From an uncultured Gemmatimonadales bacterium (lineage in GTDB: Bacteria > Gemmatimonadota > Gemmatimonadetes > Gemmatimonadales > Gemmatimonadaceae): 64,000 nucleotides of DNA. How positions within the stretch are numbered: position 1 is the first letter of the stretch; each line of letters starts with the position of its first letter. This document shows positions 20,730 through 30,487 of this stretch, in pieces. The position numbers and the translations under genes were made by a program. The notes beneath the pieces are model-generated. The model worked only from the letters and a program-made list of their open reading frames with translations. It was not told the DNA's origin and searched no databases. Location of the stretch: assembly GCA_963850905.1 (NCBI GenBank), contig CAWKMU010000003.1, positions 1,248,001-1,312,000 of the forward strand, in the 5' to 3' direction.

Positions 20730-21755
20730 TCAGTGGGTGGCGGGCCCGGATGCCGAGACGGGGCCGTTCGTCGCAGTGCCTGCGACGTAACGGACGCCGG
20801 GACGGTCCAGCGCGTCGAGAGTGTGCTCCAGGGCCGTTCCGTACACCTCGACGCGCGGAAGGCGGCGCGGGTCGAACGCGGGATCATAGGGACTGCGAGC
20901 CGGTCCACCGGACACCTCGAGGATCGCGTCGAAAGCGTACCGCGTCGCTCGCCCGCTGCGCGGGTCAGTCCACGCGCCAGACTGGGCCAATGCCCGGTTC
21001 TTGGGCCACACGCCGAGCGGGAGGGCGAAGGTTCGGATGTGGTAGCCGGGCACTGCGGAGTCAATCGCCAGCGCGCCGCGAGCAATCTGCTCCTGCACCA
21101 CGGCATCGGAGTACTTGGCGAGATTCGCATGCCACAGGGTGTGGTCACACAACTCGAACCCTTGATCGACGAGGTATTTCAGCTTCTTGAAGCGCCAGGC
21201 GCTGCGCTGACCCTCGATGCCGCCGTTCCCGAAGAACGCGTGTCCGGCATTCGCGGCCGGGAGCACGCAGAAGGTGGCGTGATTGGGCCAGTCCGGGTGC
21301 GTCGCGTGAAACGCGAGCCAAATGCCGATCGCCGAATTGGGATCGATCTCGAGTTGCCCGTCGTGTTCGATATAGCGGAACTGTGATGGCGAGGCGTCGT
21401 CGAAGGTGAACACAACCGGCGTCATTCCTGGCGCGACGTCCAGCTGCCGGTCGATGAGCTGTGACACCGACACCGGACGATACCCGCGCTCGTAGAGCAT
21501 CTGCAGATCATGCCGGAAGTGGTTCGGCTCGATCGTCCACTGTGCCTCGTGATCACCAATCACGTGATACTCGAGGATCGGGATGCGTCCGAGCCGGTTA
21601 GGCGGCGATTGGTGGCGCACTGCCCAGCCGCTCGCTGGCGCCGCGACCGTAGCCGCTCGACGATTGGCCAGGGTCGCGATGTCGCTTCCACTGGCGATTG
21701 GCAGGATGCCGAGAGCGAGAACCGGAAACAGTCGAGACGGAGAAAGCGGAAGCAT
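20730..21755 (-). CDS. Polysaccharide deacetylase family protein, secreted
   Basis: IPILEYHVI, VFTFDD, DHTLWHANL, FALPLG; N-terminal hydrophobic segment. Confidence 0.82.
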   Translation of the reverse strand: MLPLSPSRLFPVLALGILPIASGSDIATLANRRAATVAAPASGWAVRHQSPPNRLGRIPILEYHVIGDHEAQWTIEPNHFRHDLQMLYERGYRPVSVSQLIDRQLDVAPGMTPVVFTFDDASPSQFRYIEHDGQLEIDPNSAIGIWLAFHATHPDWPNHATFCVLPAANAGHAFFGNGGIEGQRSAWRFKKLKYLVDQGFELCDHTLWHANLAKYSDAVVQEQIARGALAIDSAVPGYHIRTFALPLGVWPKNRALAQSGAWTDPRSGRATRYAFDAILEVSGGPARSPYDPAFDPRRLPRVEVYGTALEHTLDALDRPGVRYVAGTATNGPVSASGPATH

Positions 21756-21855
21756 GAGATGGGCTGTAGCAGAGGTGGCGGGCCGACACCAGAAAGAATA
21801 ACGATGCGATCGTAACTCGTAGACAACGAACGGGCCCTGTCCGCAGCAACGCGGA

Positions 21856-21879
21856 CGGCGACGCATGCGTCGCCCCTAC
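21856..21879 (-). repeat. GTAG-type REP (GTAGGGGCGACGCATGCGTCGCCG)
   Basis: GTAG foot plus perfect palindrome ggcgacgcatgcgtcgcc, abutting the DUF1501 stop. Confidence 0.7.
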
Positions 21880-23159
21880 TACAACACGCCGATAGGCGAA
21901 TCGGGCGTGAACCCCGGGAAGATGCGGTCCAGGTGTGCTGCACCGAGGTGCCGTCCGGCGACCTCGGAAAACACCGCGCGGAAATCCGTCGTCAAGGCCA
22001 GGTCGCGTCCCTCGTAGAGCTGCTCCGGGGCGAGGCCCGGCCATCGGCCATGGACACGACCGCCGTGGACGTCGCCGCCGATCACGAACAGGGCGCCGGC
22101 GTGACCGTGGTCGGTCCCACCGTTCCCGTTCTCCCGGGCCATGCGACCAAACTCGGACATCGTCAGGATAGTTACGTCGGCCATGCGGTCGCCAAGGTCG
22201 ACGACGAGCGCGCTGATCGATCGCGCGAAGTCATCCAGCCGCTGCGCCAGCTGGCCGGTGGACCCGCCTTGGTTGACATGCGTGTCCCAGCCGCCAACGT
22301 CTGCGAACGCGATCTCCATCCCAACATCGGCCTTGATGAGCTGCGCGATCTGACGGAGTCGCTGGCCAAACTGCGACCTCGGATAGTCCGCGCCAGTACT
22401 CGGCTGATACTGCGCCGGATTCGCGGCGCGTAGCATCCGGACGGCGTCGAAGGTCTCCGCACCCGTCGCATGGACGATGTCTGCCGACCCGGTGCGGTAG
22501 AGAGCCTCCAACCGCTCGACCTGAGTGCCCGTTGCGCGAACGGAGAATTCCTCGAGGCTGTTCATTGCGACGGTCGCCGCAGGCCCCTCGAGAATGCGCG
22601 GCGTCTCGGGTGCGAGCGCAACGGCACGAAAGGGCGACGCGGCCTGGGCCGTGGATGCGGGCACCGCGCACTCGGCGCAGGTGCCCTGCACCGCGAGGTA
22701 CCGATTCAGCCACCCATCGACCGTCGACTTGTCGTCGGGCGTCCCCGTTTCCATGTAGTCTTGGGCATCGAAGTGCGAGCGCGTCGCGCTCGGGCTCCCC
22801 ACGGCGTGGACGATGGCCAGGAGCCGCTGATCGAACAGCGGCTTCAATGGCGCGAGCGCCGGGTGCAATCCAAAAAACCCGTCGAGATCGACCGCCGACG
22901 TGGACGCGGCGCCGATCGCGCCCCGCACCGGCCGCGGGATGGCGATCGTTGGTCGCATCGCGTAGTAGGCAGCCTCGCCGTGCGGCACGACCACATTGAG
23001 CGCATCGGCCGCACCCCGCTGAAAGAGGCAGATCAACACCTTGCCACGGCGCGCGCCCGGCAGCTCCATGCCGAACGCCGTGCGTCGGAGAAAGCGCGGG
23101 CTGAGCCCCATCGTGACGAGCGCAAGTGCACCGGACTTCACGAATACGCGGCGGTCCAC
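21879..23159 (-). CDS. DUF1501 family protein, Tat-exported
   Basis: MDRRVFVK Tat motif, FQRGAADALN, RSHFDAQ, GGWDTH, SEFGR, GTDHG. Confidence 0.9.
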   Translation of the reverse strand: MDRRVFVKSGALALVTMGLSPRFLRRTAFGMELPGARRGKVLICLFQRGAADALNVVVPHGEAAYYAMRPTIAIPRPVRGAIGAASTSAVDLDGFFGLHPALAPLKPLFDQRLLAIVHAVGSPSATRSHFDAQDYMETGTPDDKSTVDGWLNRYLAVQGTCAECAVPASTAQAASPFRAVALAPETPRILEGPAATVAMNSLEEFSVRATGTQVERLEALYRTGSADIVHATGAETFDAVRMLRAANPAQYQPSTGADYPRSQFGQRLRQIAQLIKADVGMEIAFADVGGWDTHVNQGGSTGQLAQRLDDFARSISALVVDLGDRMADVTILTMSEFGRMARENGNGGTDHGHAGALFVIGGDVHGGRVHGRWPGLAPEQLYEGRDLALTTDFRAVFSEVAGRHLGAAHLDRIFPGFTPDSPIGVL

Positions 23160-23167
23160 AGGGCCTC

Positions 23168-25114
23168 CTATCGTCGCTGGAATTCTGGCGCGCCGAGCGC
23201 GAGCCCGACGACTTGCGCGAGTCCTTGCAAGGGCGGCAACTGGCCGCCTTGCCCTCGCGCCTGCCGGCGTCGCCGAGCGTCAATCATGTCGCCACCTTCT
23301 CCCGCCATCGCGGTCATCACGTCGCTGGTCGGATCACTGGCCGCGGCCGGGTCCCCTCCATTGCTGGATGGTGCCGTATTGGCGGCAGCCGCCGCGGGCG
23401 TCATCGCGGTGAGCAGCGGATGGTCACCCGACATAAGGATCGCGCGCGTGTCGGGTGAGACGCTGCCTCCGAGGATATCGGTGATGACGGCGTCGACCTG
23501 GACCGCGCGGGGCGCTGTCATCAATGCGGCGGCGTTGGGCCAGCGATCGAGGGACGCGCCGGGGACCCGGTTGCTCGCGACCGCGAGGCCAAAATTGATC
23601 CTGTTCAGAATGGCGCCCGTGTTCATCCAGCTCTCCCCCGTTTCGGGGTAGCCGTTTGGCGCTTGGTGTCCGAAGATCGGCTCACCCATACGCGCGATCA
23701 GTTGTGCCGTCCGCTGTGTGGTATCCGGCTCCGCGTTCACGGCGCGCAGCGCGCTCACCACCAGCTCGAAGGGCGACTTGACCTTGGCACGGTAGGCCGG
23801 CCGCGAGAAGAACTCCGGGGAGGTCAGGATCGTCCAGAGCACCTGTCGGATGTCGCCATCGGTGCGCGTGAAGGTGGCCGCCGCCCGTGCGACGAGCGCC
23901 GGCGGTGGTGAATCGCTCACGAATCGGCGGCACAACTTCGTCGCGATGAACCGCGCCGTACTCGGGTGGCGCGCGACGATGTCCAATACCTCCTCTCCAT
24001 CCTCAATGCCGCGGCCCGCGGCGAGGGTGTGGCCGAGGACGACTTTGGGGCCCGCATCATGGAAGGCGGGGCGGAAGATGAAGCCATTGCCTCCTTCCTG
24101 GTTTGGCCGGCGGTCAATCGACCAACCCGTGAGTGCCCGCGCGACGTTGATGACGTCTTGTTGGGTGTAGCCGCCGTCGACCCCGAGGGTATGCAGCTCG
24201 AGCAGTTCGCGACCATAGTTTTCGTTGAGGCCTCGGGCCGGCCGCCGTGGTGCGATGGGTGTGACGGCGCCCGGCGCGATCGCCAGGGATTGTTGGCCAC
24301 GAGGAAACGGTCTCGGCATCGGGCGGGGCGCCAGCGTCGGCTCGGTGCTGTCGGCGACACTCTCCCAGTTGTCGAGATAGAACAGCATGGCCGGGCTCGT
24401 GGCGACCGCACCCAACAGATCGCGGAAGCGACCCAGGGCGTAGGGGCGAATCGCGTCGCGGTCGTAGGCCGCGAGGTAGTAGCGCATCTGCGCACCCTTG
24501 CGGTCGTAGACCGTAAAATGGTTCTCCCAGAAGTCGACCATGACTTCTTGTAGCTGTCGTTCGCTCATCAGGGCTCGGGCGACCTCCAGCGTCTGCACGT
24601 CCGCGACGAGCCTGGCCGCCGCGCGATCGGCAGTGCGCACGATGGTGCTGTCCTCACGCGTGACCGGGGCCGCGCCCTGTCCCATCGCGGCCGAGCCACG
24701 TTGCACGGCGAGCGCTCGCCGCCCGGCCGGGTACGCGACCTCGAGAGTGCTCATCGGCAAAGCGTACGATGCAACCCGCGCGACGAGCGCATCGGTTGCC
24801 TGGTCTGGCACACGGTCTGGGGAAAGCTGCTGCGCAATCCAGCGGTCGACGCCGATCTCACGCACGCGGGCGACATCGCCAGGACGTGGGCCGAACGTCA
24901 GCCGATTGAGGGCCTCGAGCACCTGCTGGTCCGCTGTGAGCTCGCGCCCCGAGTCGGATGCGGCGCTCAGCGGCGTCGCCAGTGTCGCGTAGGACGACGA
25001 CGCCTGCGGTCGCGAGGCACAGCTCACCGCTCCGACAGCGACAATGCACAACACGACGGTGCCCAAGCCGCGCATGGCTGCGTGTTGGCGGAGCCGAACG
25101 GTTGAAACGGACAT
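23168..25114 (-). CDS. DUF1800 family protein
   Basis: LNRLTFGPRPGD, FWENHF, MLFYLDN, NENYGRELLELHTLG, KVKSPFE, PEFQRR. Confidence 0.9.
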   Translation of the reverse strand: MSVSTVRLRQHAAMRGLGTVVLCIVAVGAVSCASRPQASSSYATLATPLSAASDSGRELTADQQVLEALNRLTFGPRPGDVARVREIGVDRWIAQQLSPDRVPDQATDALVARVASYALPMSTLEVAYPAGRRALAVQRGSAAMGQGAAPVTREDSTIVRTADRAAARLVADVQTLEVARALMSERQLQEVMVDFWENHFTVYDRKGAQMRYYLAAYDRDAIRPYALGRFRDLLGAVATSPAMLFYLDNWESVADSTEPTLAPRPMPRPFPRGQQSLAIAPGAVTPIAPRRPARGLNENYGRELLELHTLGVDGGYTQQDVINVARALTGWSIDRRPNQEGGNGFIFRPAFHDAGPKVVLGHTLAAGRGIEDGEEVLDIVARHPSTARFIATKLCRRFVSDSPPPALVARAAATFTRTDGDIRQVLWTILTSPEFFSRPAYRAKVKSPFELVVSALRAVNAEPDTTQRTAQLIARMGEPIFGHQAPNGYPETGESWMNTGAILNRINFGLAVASNRVPGASLDRWPNAAALMTAPRAVQVDAVITDILGGSVSPDTRAILMSGDHPLLTAMTPAAAAANTAPSSNGGDPAAASDPTSDVMTAMAGEGGDMIDARRRRQARGQGGQLPPLQGLAQVVGLALGAPEFQRR

Positions 25115-25189
25115 GAACGATTGCCCCCGGCGAGGACTGCGGATTAGACGAGCGAGACAGGGACAGCGTTAAGAGGAAGGACGAAAGGC

Positions 25190-25296
25190 CGGGTGACGGG
25201 TCCTGAAAAAACTGTGAGGCCAGTCACGCGCTACCGCACCCGTCACTGCGGTTTGTACAACCCGTCACCCGAAACCCGTCACCCGTTACCCCGCTT
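25190..25296. repeat. Degenerate heptamer-armed palindrome (GGGTGAC / CCCGTCA)
   Basis: gggtgacggg..gaggccagtc..cccgtca cccgaaa cccgtca cccgtta ccccgcttt; same terminus as the element at 1110-1216. Confidence 0.65.
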
Positions 25297-25316
25297 TCTT
25301 ACTATCTTTCCCTCCC

Positions 25317-25724
25317 GTGCATTGGGTTGGCGGCGCACGTCGAGCAGGGCCGTTCAAGGCCGGCATTCGCGCCGGGGTTTTTGCTGCCTCCGCGGTATTC
25401 GGCGCGCTGCTCGTGTATGCACGTCGTGATGGTGGCAGCATGTTCGACCCCGATCTCGGGCCTCCGGTCGGGATGCTGCTGGGCATCATCATCTGCGTCG
25501 TCTGGGGCACCATCTTCGCGATCGTTGCGGCGCCGTGGCGAGGACTCAAAGTCCTTGCTGTCGCAATTGTCGTCAGTGGGCTTGCGTGGCTCGTGAGCGC
25601 GTTACTGCTGCCGCCAGCGTTGCGATTGGGCAACGATCTGTATGCTTCCGTGCCACGGGCCAGCGTCGTGCATACTCTAATGGCGCTCGGATTCGTGACA
25701 GGTATGCGACTTGCCCATGGGTAG
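25317..25724 (+). CDS. Hypothetical four-TM membrane protein
   Basis: Four hydrophobic segments. Confidence 0.65.
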   Translation: MHWVGGARRAGPFKAGIRAGVFAASAVFGALLVYARRDGGSMFDPDLGPPVGMLLGIIICVVWGTIFAIVAAPWRGLKVLAVAIVVSGLAWLVSALLLPPALRLGNDLYASVPRASVVHTLMALGFVTGMRLAHG

Positions 25725-25859
25725 TGTTGATCGTCGATGGGACGAGCGGGTGATTCCGGGAACTTTTTCCGTGCCTGAAGGTCTACCCGTAGTGAGCGTG
25801 CGGTCCGTCGTGCACGCTGGGAGCATGGCCTGGTGAGGCGAAACTTTTCTGGAGGGGAA

Positions 25860-26399
25860 ATGGATGTCCTCGTGATGCTCGAGGATCATCCCGACCACTC
25901 GCCGGTGCTTGCGCATGTGAATTCGGGGCCGACATCGCTGTACTCGGAGCGATCACCGCGCGACCTGGTGACGCTCTATGGGTCACCGAGCACCGAATCA
26001 CTGGCGTTGGCGCTCGCGGCCGCCGTCGAGAGCCGGCGACTGGAAGGTGAGCACGACGGGGTGATCCGTCATCTTGGATTGTGGCCGGAGCGCGGTGCGA
26101 TCGGCGATGCGGCGTGGCGGGACAGCGCGACCGGTCAACTCATGATGCAGGACCTCGCGATTCCTCTCGACGTCCTGCGGGAAACGGCACGACAGCTCCT
26201 GGCAGAGTGCGGTCAACTGATTCGCCGATTGGTCGCCGGACTGGCAATGCCTGACTGGCCCGAAGGCGCGCGCCGCGCCATTGGGTTCTCGTTGAAGCCC
26301 GTTGCCGAGCTCACCGTGGCGACGCGGACCAGGGTCGAAACGATCATGGACACCATGCGCGAAGCCGACGGCCTCGCGTTCGACATTGACGGAGACTGA
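25860..26399 (+). CDS. Hypothetical protein
   Basis: GGAGG SD before ATG 25860; protein-like composition. Confidence 0.65.
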   Translation: MDVLVMLEDHPDHSPVLAHVNSGPTSLYSERSPRDLVTLYGSPSTESLALALAAAVESRRLEGEHDGVIRHLGLWPERGAIGDAAWRDSATGQLMMQDLAIPLDVLRETARQLLAECGQLIRRLVAGLAMPDWPEGARRAIGFSLKPVAELTVATRTRVETIMDTMREADGLAFDIDGD

Positions 26400-26552
26400 G
26401 GAGGAGACACCGAGCCTAGACTGTCCGATGCACGGCTGGGAAGAGCGAGGTTCGATCCGAACCTCGCTCTTCGTATTTTTCGGCACCTCTCTCGCCCGTC
26501 ACGGTAGATTGTCCACGGGTCTCGAACCGCCACCCCTTTTCCCTGTTGTGCC

Positions 26553-26831
26553 ATGCCGCCGCGCCCGTCCGACTCCGCGTCGCCATCCTCACAGCGTCCG
26601 CCCGGGGAACAGCGTGTCTTCGCGGCCCCTGACGGACGGCTCTGGGGTGCGTCGGTCCGGTCAGCCCCAGGTGGTCCTGACGCGTTCGTGCTGGTGTTCA
26701 CCTGTATGGCCGAGGCCCGCCGGGCGGTGCGCGCTGTCGCGATCGGGCCAGGCGTGCGCCTGCGCGATTTGAGCGACGACGCGCTGCGAGAGCATTTGGC
26801 ATCCGCGCCCGCCGTCGCGGATCTGAGCTGA
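26553..26831 (+). CDS. Hypothetical protein
   Basis: Fills gap; protein-like composition (RVFAAPDGRLWGASV..LVFTC). Confidence 0.55.
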   Translation: MPPRPSDSASPSSQRPPGEQRVFAAPDGRLWGASVRSAPGGPDAFVLVFTCMAEARRAVRAVAIGPGVRLRDLSDDALREHLASAPAVADLS

Positions 26832-26844
26832 CGAGGGGAGCCGA

Positions 26845-26906
26845 CGGGCGCTGGCGCGCCCGGAGAAAGGGGAAAGGAGAGAGGAGACAGGAGACAGGAG
26901 ACAGCA
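26845..26906. repeat. CGGGCGCT..CGCGCCCG hairpin followed by purine-rich heptamer run (GGAGACA x3)
   Basis: Direct inspection; the hairpin recurs at 30346 and 31589. Confidence 0.65.
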
Positions 26907-27054
26907 AAGGTCGACAGATCATCCGCGCCGATTTTCGATGCTCCGCGGCCTGGCGCTCCCGCATACGTTTCAAACCGTTCGCGCGCGCGGCGAGGCCGTC
27001 CTGGCGGCAGACCTGCGCGGCCACTCGCCAATCACGTCTTCTCATTCTTCCCCT

Positions 27055-27804
27055 GTGTTTTATACCGAACCGAAAATCACCGTCGTCGCACGCCCGGCGT
27101 TCGCCGAGCCCTCCCACCTCCCAATCCACTGGCTGGGAGAGAGCACGGATGGTGAGCGGCTCGCCGAATTCGCCGGCCGACTGTGCTACATGAGTCAGGC
27201 GAACCCTGCCGGCCGGGCGACTCGCGACTACATCGAGAACATCAAGAAGCAGCGCCACGGGAGCGTCCTGGAACACGCCTGCTACTCGTTGCTGCTCGAG
27301 GGCGTCAGTCGCGCGCTGACTCACGAGTTGGTCCGCCATCGTGCTGGCGTGGCCTTCTCCCAGCTGAGTCAGCGGTACGTGGATGAGTCCGAGGCGAACT
27401 TCGTCGTGCCCCCGGCGATCCTCGGGGATGTCGCGCTCGAGGGCCAGTGGCGTGCGGAGATGGAACGCGCCCAGGCGTCCTACGTCGCGCTGGTCCGTCA
27501 GCTCATGGAGCAGTACTCCTGGGTGACGGACCGGGTGCACCGCCGGAAGATGGCGCGCGAGGCGGCGCGGGGGGTGCTTCCGAATTCGACCGAGACGAAA
27601 ATCGTCGTGACGGCAAATGCCCGTGCCTGGCGGACGATCCTGGAGCTCCGCTCCGGTGAAGGTGCGGACCTGGAGATCCGACGCCTCGCGGTCGCGATCA
27701 TCCGGCTGTTCCACCGCGAGGCGCCGTCGTTCTTCTCCGACTTCGAGATCTACGTCGCGGAAGATCAGCGCGAAGCGGCGCGCGTGGGGTATACCAAGGT
27801 CTAA
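27055..27804 (+). CDS. thyX: FAD-dependent thymidylate synthase
   Basis: HGSVLEH, THELVRHR..FSQLSQRYV, EAARGVLPN, NARAW. Confidence 0.95.
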   Translation: MFYTEPKITVVARPAFAEPSHLPIHWLGESTDGERLAEFAGRLCYMSQANPAGRATRDYIENIKKQRHGSVLEHACYSLLLEGVSRALTHELVRHRAGVAFSQLSQRYVDESEANFVVPPAILGDVALEGQWRAEMERAQASYVALVRQLMEQYSWVTDRVHRRKMAREAARGVLPNSTETKIVVTANARAWRTILELRSGEGADLEIRRLAVAIIRLFHREAPSFFSDFEIYVAEDQREAARVGYTKV

Positions 27805-28053
27805 TGAGGCGAGTCGAGGCCCATCGCTCACCGTGGTGGGCATCGGTCGGGCGAGGCAAATCGCGCGGCCTCCCTGCAAAACGCGAGACACGAGCAGGCG
27901 CGGTGAGCGCCGTGCGCGCGCGCTGCCCGTAAAGGCGCGCGCGGGTCATTGCGCACCCAATTCGGAGTCGGTATTATGCGCGCGATTCGCACCTGGCATC
28001 TCAATTGCACGCGTGCGAGCGACGCAACTGTAGCCCACGAACGCAAGGACCGC

Positions 28054-29247
28054 ATGGTGCGGATCGGATTCGCCTACAACGTCAAGCCCGACGCGAGTGC
28101 AGCGCCTACGAGCCGACCGACGGACGCGTCGGGTGGCGAGGACTCGGAGGCCCCGCTCGCCGACGAAGAGCCTCCCAGTAACGGGACCTCTGTCACTCGG
28201 TCGCGCCGCGCCCGAGATCTACGGACCGCCGAGCCCGCGGGACCGATTCTCCTCGAAGAGGCAGCAGCCGACGACGAGTTCGCCGAGTGGGATACATGGG
28301 AGACGATTTCGGCGGTGTCCGACGCCCTCTCGGCCTTTGGCGAGGTGGTTCATCTCGAGGCAACGCTCGAATTTCCCGCGCTGCTCCAGGCGACGCGACC
28401 GGACATCGTGTTCAACATGGCCGAGGGGCGGGGAGGGAAGAACCGCGAGTCGCTCGTGCCGGCGATTTGCGAGTACCTGGACATTCCGTATAGCGGCAGC
28501 GACCCGCTGACCCTGTCGCTGTGCTTGGACAAGGGACGTACCAAAGAGGTCCTGTCCTATTATCGCGTGCCGACGCCCGCCTTCGCGGTGATCGATCGCT
28601 CGGCCGACGTCGGCTCACTCTTCTCGCGACTTCGCTACCCGTTGTTCGTCAAGCCAGTTCATGAGGGGTCATCGAAAGGGATTACTGAGCGCAATTTCTG
28701 CCGGACGCCGGTCGATCTTGCTTCGCAGGTGACTCATTTGATCGAGAGCTACGATCAACCAGTGCTGGTCGAGGAGTTTCTTCCTGGCGCGGAGTACACC
28801 TGCGCCGTACTGGGGAATGGCTCCCGGGCTCGTGTGCTGCCGATCGTGGGGATGAACTTTGACGCGCTCCCGGAGGGCGCGATTCCCGTTTACGGTTTCG
28901 AGGCGAAGTGGGTGTGGGATCGTCCCGATTCGCCGCTCGAGATTTTCGACTGTCCGGCGCACATGGCGCCAGCGCTCCGCCGCGCGGTCGAAAGCACGAG
29001 CCTGCGGGCCTACCACGCGCTCGGGTGCCGCGACTGGGCGCGCATCGATGTTCGACTCGACGCCGCTGGAATTCCCAACGTCATCGAGGTCAATCCGCTG
29101 CCAGGCATCCTCCCGGATCCGGCCGACAACTCCTGCTTCCCCAAAGCGGCACGGGCGGCCGGGATGAGCTACGAGCAGCTGATCCAGTCCTGTCTTACCT
29201 CTGCAGGAGAGCGTTACGGCATGCGGCTGCCCAGGATCCTTCCGTGA
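28054..29247 (+). CDS. D-Ala-D-Ala ligase-like ATP-grasp protein 1
   Basis: FNMAEG, LDKGRTK, FVKPVHEGSSKGI, EEFLPGAEY, RIDVR, IEVNPLPG; lacks the canonical Ddl GGxSxE N-terminus. Confidence 0.88.
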   Translation: MVRIGFAYNVKPDASAAPTSRPTDASGGEDSEAPLADEEPPSNGTSVTRSRRARDLRTAEPAGPILLEEAAADDEFAEWDTWETISAVSDALSAFGEVVHLEATLEFPALLQATRPDIVFNMAEGRGGKNRESLVPAICEYLDIPYSGSDPLTLSLCLDKGRTKEVLSYYRVPTPAFAVIDRSADVGSLFSRLRYPLFVKPVHEGSSKGITERNFCRTPVDLASQVTHLIESYDQPVLVEEFLPGAEYTCAVLGNGSRARVLPIVGMNFDALPEGAIPVYGFEAKWVWDRPDSPLEIFDCPAHMAPALRRAVESTSLRAYHALGCRDWARIDVRLDAAGIPNVIEVNPLPGILPDPADNSCFPKAARAAGMSYEQLIQSCLTSAGERYGMRLPRILP

Positions 29248-30269
29248 AGGTCGCCATTCTTTTCGACGGCGCGTCAGCGCTCGGCAAGTCCCCGGATCTG
29301 CTGATCCTCGAGACGGTAGAAGCCGTCGAGGGCGTACTCGCCTCCGACGGTCACGAGGTGGTCCGCATTCCTGCTAATCCGGACGGCCGCTGGGTCGAGC
29401 GGGTCCGCAAGGCGAAGCTCGATCTCGTCTTCAACCTGTGCGAAGGCGTCGACGGCGTCGCGCTGCTCGAGCCCGCAGTGATCGGGGCGCTCGAGCTCCT
29501 TCGTGTCCCCTTTACGGGAAGCTCGAGCGCGACCACATCGCTCTGCCTCCGCAAGCACCTCGTCAACACGCTGCTCGGTCGAGCAGGGTTGCCGGTGCCA
29601 CGGTGGGACATCTCGCGTCGCGGAGACGCGATGCCCGCGGTGGGATTCCCAGCGATCTGCAAGCCGGGAGCGGAGGATGCTTCCCTGGGTGTTGAGCAGC
29701 GATCGGTCGTACGCACGGCGCGCGCCTTGATCGAGCGGCTCGCGGCGATGCACGAACGGTGGGACGAGGTCGTCGTGCAGCGCTACATCGATGGCCGAGA
29801 GGTCAATGTCGGGATCGTTGGCGACCGAGTGCTGCCGATCGCGGAGATCGACTTCCGCGAGATGCCGAGGGGTCTCTGGCGAATCGTGTCCTACCGATCA
29901 AAGTGGGAAGAAGGCAGTGAGGAGGACTCTGGAGCCCTTCCGCACTGCCCGGCGGATCTGCCGACGGCGCTGGCCTCCGAACTGGCCGCGATCGCCCTCG
30001 AGGCCTGGCGGACCGTCGGGGGCGACGGCTACGGGCGCGTCGATTTCCGAATTGATTCCGCAGGTCGGCCGTGGCTGCTCGAGGTCAATGCAAATCCCGA
30101 CCTGTCTCCGACCGCAGGGCTCGCCCGAATGGCGCGCGCGGCTGAGATGGACTTCGCAGGTCTCGTGCGTCGCATTGCCGATCGGGCACTCTCCGCACCC
30201 CAAACCATTCCCGTGCTCGATGCGGAGCTTTGGGCGCTGACGCAGCGGCTGTCCGGCGTGGTCGGGTAG
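29244..30269 (+). CDS. D-Ala-D-Ala ligase-like ATP-grasp protein 2
   Basis: GTGA overlap with previous gene; FNLCEG, KPGAEDASLGV, YIDGRE, GRVDFR, LEVNANP. Confidence 0.88.
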   Translation: MKVAILFDGASALGKSPDLLILETVEAVEGVLASDGHEVVRIPANPDGRWVERVRKAKLDLVFNLCEGVDGVALLEPAVIGALELLRVPFTGSSSATTSLCLRKHLVNTLLGRAGLPVPRWDISRRGDAMPAVGFPAICKPGAEDASLGVEQRSVVRTARALIERLAAMHERWDEVVVQRYIDGREVNVGIVGDRVLPIAEIDFREMPRGLWRIVSYRSKWEEGSEEDSGALPHCPADLPTALASELAAIALEAWRTVGGDGYGRVDFRIDSAGRPWLLEVNANPDLSPTAGLARMARAAEMDFAGLVRRIADRALSAPQTIPVLDAELWALTQRLSGVVG

Positions 30270-30289
30270 CCTGCGCTTCGCGCAGAGCT

Positions 30290-30454
30290 AGAAAGTAGAA
30301 CCACAGAAAGTAGAAAGTAGACCAGGATGAACATCTGAGGGAGGACGGGCGCTATCGCGCCCGAGGAAGCAGACTTGCAGAACGTCCGGAGTAGACCGGC
30401 TCAACCTTGGCCGCTGGTATCGTCTACTTTCTACTTTCTGTACTTCTACTCTCT
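30290..30454. repeat. AT-rich heptamer inverted arms (AGAAAGT / ACTTTCT) enclosing about 100 nt spacer
   Basis: agaaagtagaaccacagaaagtagaaagtagac ... gtctactttctactttctgtacttctactctct. Confidence 0.85.
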
Positions 30455-30487
30455 CGGCCGCGTCAGCGGCCGCCGGGGGTCCCCGCA

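Noticed and set aside
28054..30269. Calling these ddl or van ligases
   Set aside because: Canonical N-terminal motif is missing and there is no mur or van context.
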